DNA of 64,000 nt, taken from Octopus vulgaris (taxonomy: Eukaryota). A model generated the notes under the pieces. It was not told the origin of the DNA and ran no database searches. It saw only the letters and a program-made list of their open reading frames with translations. The DNA lies in the NCBI GenBank assembly GCA_951406725.2, contig OX597828.1, positions 45,012,001 to 45,076,000 on the forward strand. The letters are read 5' to 3'. A program made the translations under genes and the position numbers. Each line of letters begins with the position of its first letter. The stretch's first letter is position 1. Below are positions 55,301-64,000 of the stretch, piece by piece.

Positions 55301-55519
55301 GAAGAAGAAGAAGAAGAAGAAGAAGAATAATGATAATAATCTTTTCTACTCTAGGCACAAGGCCCAAAATTTTGTGGGAGGGGTCCAGTCGATTAGATTG
55401 ACCCCAGTACGCGACTGGTACCTAATTTATCGACCCCGAAAAGATGAAAGGCAAAGTCGACCTTGGCGGAATTTGAACTCAGAATGTAAAGATGCTAATG
55501 ATTCTTCCAGCTTTCTGCC

Positions 55520-55584
<65 letters not shown>

Positions 55585-55667
55585 TCTTTCTACTATAAGC
55601 CCAAGGCCTGAAAATTTGGGGGAGGGGCCAGTTGGGTAGACAGGCACAAGACCTGGAAGTGGCTTAT

Positions 55668-56120
55668 AGGTGCAGGTGTGACTGTGTGGTAAGTAGCTTG
55701 CTTGCCATCCATATGGTTCCGGGTTCAGTCCCATTGTGTAAGACCATGGGCAAGTGTCTTCTACAAAAGCCTCGGGCTGCCCAAATCCTTGTGAGTAAAT
55801 TTGGTAGACGGGATCTGAAAGGAGCCTGTCATATGTATGAATGTGTGTATGTGTGTGTCTGTGTGTGTGTGCGTGCAAGTGCGTGTATGTGTGTGTGTGT
55901 GTGTGTGTACGTTTCTGTGTCTATGATTGTTCCCCCTAGCATCACTTGACAACCTATGCTGGTGTGTTTACATCCCCATAACTTAGCGGTTCAGCAAAAG
56001 AGACCGATAGAATAAGTTACTAGGCTTACAAAGAATAAGTTCTGGGGTCAATTTCCTCAACTAAAGGCAGTGCTCCAGCATGCCTGCAGGCAAATGACTG
56101 AAACAAGTAAAAGAATAAAA
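55668..56120 (+). mobile_element. SINE family A
   Basis: Matches the other copies. Confidence 0.8.
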
Positions 56121-56465
56121 GAAAAAACGTGAGGAAAGTCGATTATATCAAACCCCAATATCCAGCTGGTACTTATTTTAAGTCAACTTTGGAGGCATTT
56201 GAACTGAGAATGTACAGCCAGATAAAAATGTTGCTAAGCATTTTGTCTGGTGTGCTAATGGTTTTGCCAGCTCATGATGATACACTGAATCTTGTACCTG
56301 ACTAGTACCTAACTCAATTAGACCCCTGGAGGGTGAAATGTTGATCTGAAACATGGCTGATTTGAGCTAAAAGAAAATAATGTTTATATTTATATCAAGG
56401 ACATACACACACAGACATGCATACTCACATTTAAACGCAGTCATGCCTATATATATTTACATATA

Positions 56466-56855
56466 GGCGTAGGAATGGCTGTGTGGTAAGTAGCTTGTTT
56501 AGCAACCACATGGTTCCGGGTTCAGTCCCACTGCATGGCACCTTAGGCAAGTGTCTTCAACTAGAGCCTCAAGTCGACCAAAGCCTTGTGAGTGGATTTT
56601 GTAGACGGAAACTGAAAGAAGTCCATCGTATATATATGTATGTGTATGTAAATGTTTGGGTGTCTGTGTTTGTCCCTGCAGCATCGCTTGACAACTTATG
56701 CTGGTGTGTTCACGTCACCGTAACTTAGTGGTTCAGCAAAAGACACCGATAGAATAAGTACTATGCTTACAAAGCGTAAGTCCTGGGGTCAATTTGCTCG
56801 ACTAAGAGTGGTGCTCCAGCATGGCCACAGTCAAATGACAGAAACAAGTAAAAGA
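56466..56855 (+). mobile_element. SINE family A
   Basis: Matches the other copies. Confidence 0.8.
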
Positions 56856-57565
56856 ATATATATTTGTGATATATATTTATACATTGGAATCTCTTAGTGA
56901 TGATTTGTTAAGAAAATTTAGTGTATGCTACCATTAGTCTCATTGCACCCAGACGAACAATCTAATCTTTGTGATTTATAATAATGATTAATGAATGTAT
57001 ATAACTAACAATCTCACAAGAGAAAATATGGTAGGAAGCATGCACAATAATCACCAATGACAATATATAAAAAAAAGGAAGGAATATTAAAAAGGATTAA
57101 CTGTGATAGGAAAAAAGCAACATACACACTAAAGGCGGTGCTCCAGCATGGCCTTAGCTGTTACAACCAAAAGCAAACTAAGGAACTAAAGAACTATAGA
57201 AGTGAAGAAGTGAAGAAGTGTTGAATTGAAGGATTCAAGAATGAAAGAAAGAAAAGAAATATAGATGTTGTAAAGAAAGAATTATGAATGATAGCGAAGA
57301 AAAAGAAATTCCTGATTAAATATACATACATACCATTCATTCAGTTATACATACATACATACATACATTCATGCCAACATATATGTTTGTGTCATGTATA
57401 TGCATATATGCTTCTGTCTGTGTATGTGTATATATATATATACATATGTATATATATATAAATATTATGTATTTATATATGTATATCATTGTTCATATAC
57501 ATAAACATATATACGTATGTATATACAAACAGACAGACATGCCGACAGATACACATGTATATACA

Positions 57566-57612
<47 letters not shown>

Positions 57613-58504
57613 GTGTGTGTGTGTATATGAATGTGTGTTTGTATATATATATATTAATATATATATACACATACACACACAGACATACATATATGCACAC
57701 ATACACACATGTATACATGTATATATATATATATGTATACATGCATACGTACATTCACACACACATAATTATGTACATACACGCACACACACATACATGA
57801 AAACATATGAATACAAAACACATGTTAAGGTGATATAAATATATATATAGAGAAGAACTTGAAGCCGAAATGTGAAGTGTCACCTTTAGATCTCTCTGGT
57901 TTTGGTAAGGCATTTGTGGGAGAGTAAAGAGAACATTGAAGAGGAATATAGGCAAAACATAATGTCAACATGTTATTTAGGAAGAATTCAAAGACTTTAA
58001 CATGAAAAACACATTTGGTTACATCATAAAGAATACGTTGTTTTCATTCAGGAAAAAGGAATAACACATTGTGTGTATGTGTGTGTGCATGGAATTTATG
58101 TATGTATATATATATTATGTATATATATTACATACATACATATATATATATATTTGTATATATATATTTGTATATATATATTTGTATATATATATTTAAA
58201 ATTTATAAGTTTAAATTACTTAAATAATTTATTAATTTTTAACTTTTATATTTTTAAATTAATTTTATGTATTGGCTTATGTTTTTCACTGTTTGATTTG
58301 CCTAATAGTGGTTTTATCTCTAATTTAATATAATATAATATAATATATTTATACTATAAAATTGGATTTAATCCCAAATCTAATTTTTCCCTTTAAGTTT
58401 GGATTTATTCCCTAATATTATTATTATATTATGTATATATAGAAATACGAAATGGCTGACGGTTAGTAAGGAGAGACACACAAATAAGAAAGAAGAAAGC
58501 AAAG

Positions 58505-58547
58505 GACCACTGATGCGGTCACAGGAGTGTGACGAAAGAACTCTGGC
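58505..58547 (+). ncRNA. Minimal type I hammerhead (A9C variant)
   Basis: CCA-CUGAUGC-G-GUCAC-AGGAGU-GUGAC-GAAA-GAAC-UC-UGG. Confidence 0.5.
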
Positions 58548-58668
58548 CGAAATAAGATTAAGTTTAGTGTAAAAAAAATAAATAACACTGAAGCAAAATA
58601 ACACCAAATATATAGTGCATGTGTTTTTATTGGCTAAACTGGCAAAATGACCAATCCAAAATACAATA

Positions 58669-58701
<33 letters not shown>

Positions 58702-60499
58702 TAATATGTCAACACATGAGAGAAAAGAACAGGACAATATATCAAATGAAGATAATTCCTAATCTTCTAATTATTCCATTTCCTTGAAAAATTTTCTCCC
58801 AGGCATTTACCCATTACAATTCATCTTGGGCTAACGACCCTTAATCTTTGTCTTCGTCGATAGTTTATTCTGTATGTCCACTCTGTCATTGTTTGATCAT
58901 TCGAAACACTAACTCTCCATAAATTTTATATTTTTAGAATTTCTGGATGCTGCTGTCTCATGAAGTTTCCCAATATTGTCCTTAAAAGCAAGAAATGAAA
59001 GTAATGAACAGTCCAACAACTGATGTGGAGTTATCTTCTGCTGGTATTTTGTCCGGTACTTATCACTCATGTGTTTGTGTATATTTCGCTTGTTGATTAT
59101 GTCCTGTATGCAATGTATATTTTTTATTTCACACACACACACACATCTCTTATGATAAAAGGCAGATTTTCTCTGCCTCCCAAACCGTTCGTTTTTTATA
59201 CAATTGTACAATATAGAATTTCTTCAATTGGAATTTACCTACGATTTTTACAAGTAGATTCCATTGGGTCATGGCATGTAAAGTTTTTTCTATTTGACCC
59301 CCAATTAAGCAAAAATTCGAGAAAAGTAAATATTTTACGATTTCCCTCTCTAATTTCAACTGCTTCACTCCTTCCATTACCACTACACTTTCTCCTCCTT
59401 TCTCTTTGCAAGTGTGCAACAATTAAAGTGAAAGTATTTATATCTCAAAAAAAATACAGAGCAAACAGAAACAAATAAATACATAACGATTTACTCCTCA
59501 CACAATTTCTTCAATTGGAGTTTACCTATGATTTTTCCAAGTACATCCATTCGGTCATGGCATATGAATTTCTTTCAATTTCACCCCCAATTAAGCAAAA
59601 ATTCGAGAAAACTCAATATTTTACAACTTCCCTTTCTCACTTCAAAGGCTTTACTCCGCCTATTACTCCCACTTTCTCTTTATACACATAGACACGCAAA
59701 CATATTCATATATGACAGTGTCAATTGTTGAAAGAAAATTGTTAGGTAAGGTGTGTATGTGTCTATTGCAGCGTTACTCATTTTTGCCAGCTGAGTGGAC
59801 TGGAGCAACGTGAAATGAAGTGTTTTGCTCAAGAACACAATGCATCGCCTGGTACAGGAATCGAAACCTCAATCTTACGATCGTGGTGCTGACACCCTAA
59901 CCGCCAAGCCACGCACCTCCATGCATTCATACATACATAACCTATATTCATTTAAAAAGGCTACAGTCTGGTTCGTATGAAAATCAGAAACTAAAAAACA
60001 TATCAAATGATAAATAATGGCACAAGAAGCAGAGAAGAGGCGGAGAAGGAACATCTATTTACTAAAACAATGTCACTAAGAGATTCAGTATCATTAAAAG
60101 CTAATTTAGATAAATACCATCAAAGAGTTGTTGCTAATTTTGATTTGGTTTATAGTGTGACTTTAATTTAATCAAGGATTTCTCACATCTAAAATTTGAT
60201 CAATAGATTAATCAGGAATTTGGCACAGTTGAAATTATTGGAAATATATGTCAAATAATTAAGTGCTTTTTTTTTTATCTTTGACAGACTCACAAACATA
60301 CAAACATATATTCAAGTATATAATCAAGTTGATTAGATAGTGTAACATACTAATGATGCAAATGTCATGGTTTCAAACCCTATACTGACCAGTGACAACT
60401 TTTAGTGGCATAATGGAAGTACACCAGCATCACCACACACACACGTGCTCACATACACTAATTACATGTATATGCACACATGCATGTATATGACTATAT

Positions 60500-60887
60500 A
60501 CTCTTTTACTCTTGTACTTCTTTCAGTCATTTGACTGCTGCCATGCTGGAGCACCGCCTTTAGTTGAGCAAATCGACTCCAGGACTTATTCTTTGTAAGC
60601 CTTGTACTTATTCTATTGGTCTCTTTTGCTGAACCGCTAAGTTATGGGGGCATAAACACACCAAGCGATGTTGGGGGGACAAACACAGACACACAAACAC
60701 ATACACATGCATACATACACATATACATATATATATATATGACGGGCTTCTTTCAGTTTCCGTATGCCAAATCAACTCGCAAGGCTTTGGTTGGTCAGAG
60801 GCTATAGTAGAAGACATTTGCCCAAGGTGCCACGCAGTGGGACTGAACCCAGAGCCACGTGGTTGGTAAGCAAGCCACTTCTGTGCC
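60500..60887 (-). mobile_element. SINE family A
   Basis: Matches the other copies. Confidence 0.8.
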
Positions 60888-61786
60888 TATATATACATTA
60901 TATATTATATATGTCTGCATGTATATAAATACAGACACACACACACACACATGCATAACGTATATACATTGTGTTTTTTCTTTGGAATCTTGGAATATTC
61001 CTACTCTTTCGAATGCCAACAAGAGCTATAAGAATCTTTTCTACTATAGGCAGAAGCCCGAAATTTCGAGGGAAAAGTAAGTCGAATATAATGACCCCTG
61101 TGCGATTTTCTTCACTACTTCAGGGAGTGACAACCCTGCCTGACATGATTCCCGAGTTCAGCTGGTTTAGGCTGACAGCTCCCAATATGGGCCCCTATCG
61201 AGGGTTACGGAAGGAGACAATCTTCAAAGGAATCCAAAGTCGAGCCCCGTAGGTGGTTTAGTGTTCAACTCGACACTCTTCCTGCAGCTCCTGCAACCAA
61301 GCTGGTGCCAAACATAATACTCTGCACTCCTTTGGACTACATCAGCAAGGTCGAGAGAGGAATCGATTGGGCAACCCAGGATTTTCTTACATGTAGCCCA
61401 TGGCCTGCACAAAACTGGAGAGGACATGAAATATAAAAACCATATGGCTATGGTAAAAGACACTGGCTTAAAGGGTTATGAGGTGGGGCTGAACCCAGTA
61501 CCATGTGGTTGGGAAGCAAGCTTCTTACCACACAACCATGCTGCACTTGAATGACATTGAAGGGTAGGTTTGATACACTGGAACCAGCTGGTTTGAGCAT
61601 CAAACAAGTAGGATATTCTGGCTGGATAGGAGATTAAATGCTAAAGGGTTAAACACAAATATAGTAATGGTTTGAAATTTTGGCATATGATCAGTAGTTT
61701 TTGAGACAAGAAATAAGTTAGAAAATTACCATTTTAAAATCTCACAACGTGAGATATTCAGCAACAGTACCTTGTATTAAAGGTTA

Positions 61787-62011
61787 TTTGCCAACATAAC
61801 ATGTCAGTTCTGGTTTAGGACTAATGTTGCTGTAATTTAGCCCCAGGAGACATCATCTCCAGCTGACTATACGACACGATCTGTGTCCTAATATTCTTCG
61901 AAAATATAAGGACACAGATCGTGTCGTATAGCCAGCTGGAGACGATGTCTCCTGGGGCTAAATTACAGCAACATTAGTCCTAAACCAGGACTGCCATATT
62001 ATGTTGGCAAA
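61787..62011. repeat. Near-perfect palindromic foldback element
   Basis: Arms of about 105 bp centred near 61899; sequence related to the 34120 arm. Confidence 0.88.
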
Positions 62012-62074
62012 CAATTTTTACTACAAGAAATAAGTTGATTAGATCAACCGAAGTACTTGACTGGTAGTTATTTT

Positions 62075-62505
62075 GGATCTTTTCGGTTTGAACAGCAGTT
62101 TTTAACAAAATTTCTAGGTAACAAAAAAATTTTTTAATTCGTTTACTGGTACAATGTGTTTATAAAACATCTTTTTCTCTTGGCTTTATTGAGAAAATTC
62201 TATAGTTTGTAAGATATTTGTTGTTTATTTTTTCAATTTCTGCACTTTCAACCAATCACTGACGTCCATTGAGGTAAACAACATTCTGTGCCGTATGAAT
62301 ATGTCCTTGTTTAAGAAACAGATTGGGTTTATTTACATTTGTGAAGAAAAAAAGATACCCTTCCCCCCACCCCTAACTCTAACCCTAACTAACCCTAACC
62401 CTAAAACAGATTGAAATGCAATAGATCGATACTAGGGTCATAATTATGGGTCACAATTTCATATGACACCGCTAGAAAAAACTGCCGTTCAAACCGAAAA
62501 GATCC
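62075..62505. mobile_element. MITE with ~29-bp TIRs and 8-bp TSD, carrying (CCCTAA)-like repeats
   Basis: TIR ggatcttttcggtttgaac(a/g)gcagttttt at both ends; TSD gttatttt (62067-62074 / 62506-62513); splits a family-B SINE. Confidence 0.88.
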
Positions 62506-63011
62506 GTTATTTTATCAACCCTGAGAGGACGAAAGACAAAGTCAACCTCAATGGAATTTGAACTCTGATTATAAAAACAGAGAAAATGCTATTAAGCAGC
62601 TTGTTTGTCACAATAATGATTGTACCACTCATTGATTTGAACTTGAGGATAATAATGCCTAAGCTACTTTGATAGATTTTGGGTTTTTTTCCAGTATTTT
62701 CAAATTGTAATTAATTGACGATAATGCATTTCTACAGAAATATGGTTACAAAAGGGTTAAAAGATAACAATTATTCAACTGTCTTCTATCAGGATTAGAA
62801 AACAGGGCCAGAAGTTCTGAGATTTTTAAGAAGTAAAGTTATCTATTTGTCTCCCTCGTACCAAATCAATCATTAGCGAAAGGATATGAGAAAAACACAG
62901 CTGCTCTCTCTCTCTCTACCAATTCTTTGGTGCTTCTACTGGAGATGACATATATGACCATGTATACATACATACATATATACATACATACATACACACA
63001 TACATACATGT

Positions 63012-63060
<49 letters not shown>

Positions 63061-63126
63061 TATAGATATATAGATATATATATACACAAACACAAACACA
63101 TATGTATATAAGTATACATACAAGTG

Positions 63127-63158
<32 letters not shown>

Positions 63159-63356
63159 AGTATATATATATACATATATAAGTATATATATTTATATATA
63201 TATATATATATACACACACATACATATACACATATGTATATTGTGTATATGTATATAACTATACATGTATCTATGTATATTTATGTATGTGTGTATATGT
63301 GCGTGTGTGTATGTATGCATGCATATATATATATATATATATATATATACATTCTT

Positions 63357-63406
<50 letters not shown>

Positions 63407-63629
63407 TAGGCATATACAGATATATATGCATGTACCTATACATATATGTACATATACCATAGAACACTTGAAAAGTGGTCGAGCCATATGGATATAAGAG
63501 ATATTAAACTCTGAAGACAAAATGATGTCTTGTCTTTGTGAGTGATTAAAACAAACTAAAGAATGTTCATGTGTAAGTGTATAAATATATTCATGCGTGT
63601 GTGTGTGTGTGTGTGTGTGTCTTTGCATG

Positions 63630-63674
<45 letters not shown>

Positions 63675-63749
63675 ACAAAGATATAGGTGTATAGAGAAAG
63701 AGAAAAAAAGAGCACTTACCAAAGAATGTAGCTTGCATAGGATTATGTA

Positions 63750-63787
<38 letters not shown>

Positions 63788-63818
63788 TAAATATATAATG
63801 TATATATGTATATGTATA

Positions 63819-63862
<44 letters not shown>

Positions 63863-63863
63863 G

Positions 63864-63932
<69 letters not shown>

Positions 63933-63938
63933 TATATA

Positions 63939-64000
<62 letters not shown>

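Noticed and set aside
59215-59645. About 130-bp direct duplication and ORF 59023-59478
   Set aside because: Degenerate local repeat with no protein similarity I can recognise.

Overview
AT-rich, microsatellite-saturated animal genomic DNA. The repeat landscape suggests a coleoid cephalopod, probably Octopus (inference). Almost all ORFs in the track are translations of (TA)n/(TAA)n/(TGA)n microsatellites. The real gene is the 3' half of a K+-dependent Na+/Ca2+ exchanger (SLC24/NCKX, Nckx30C-like) on the minus strand. It has six frame-compatible GT-AG exons from about 40035 down to the stop at 15983, plus a possible 15-nt microexon at 42499-42513. I found no N-terminal (alpha-1) exons, so they probably lie beyond 64000. 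The introns hold tRNA-derived SINEs, RTE, CR1, R4/Dong and HERO-like LINE fragments, Tc1/mariner relics, hAT and other MITEs, a Helitron and foldback elements. The most interesting signals are: (1) two hammerhead-ribozyme motifs whose three strands occur in a non-circularly permuted order, one in the 3' UTR of a HERO-like retrotransposon; (2) several minimal Penelope-type hammerheads; (3) a templated copy of part of an NCKX exon, with its donor site and a new stop codon, patched into a SINE; (4) the candidate neural-type microexon.
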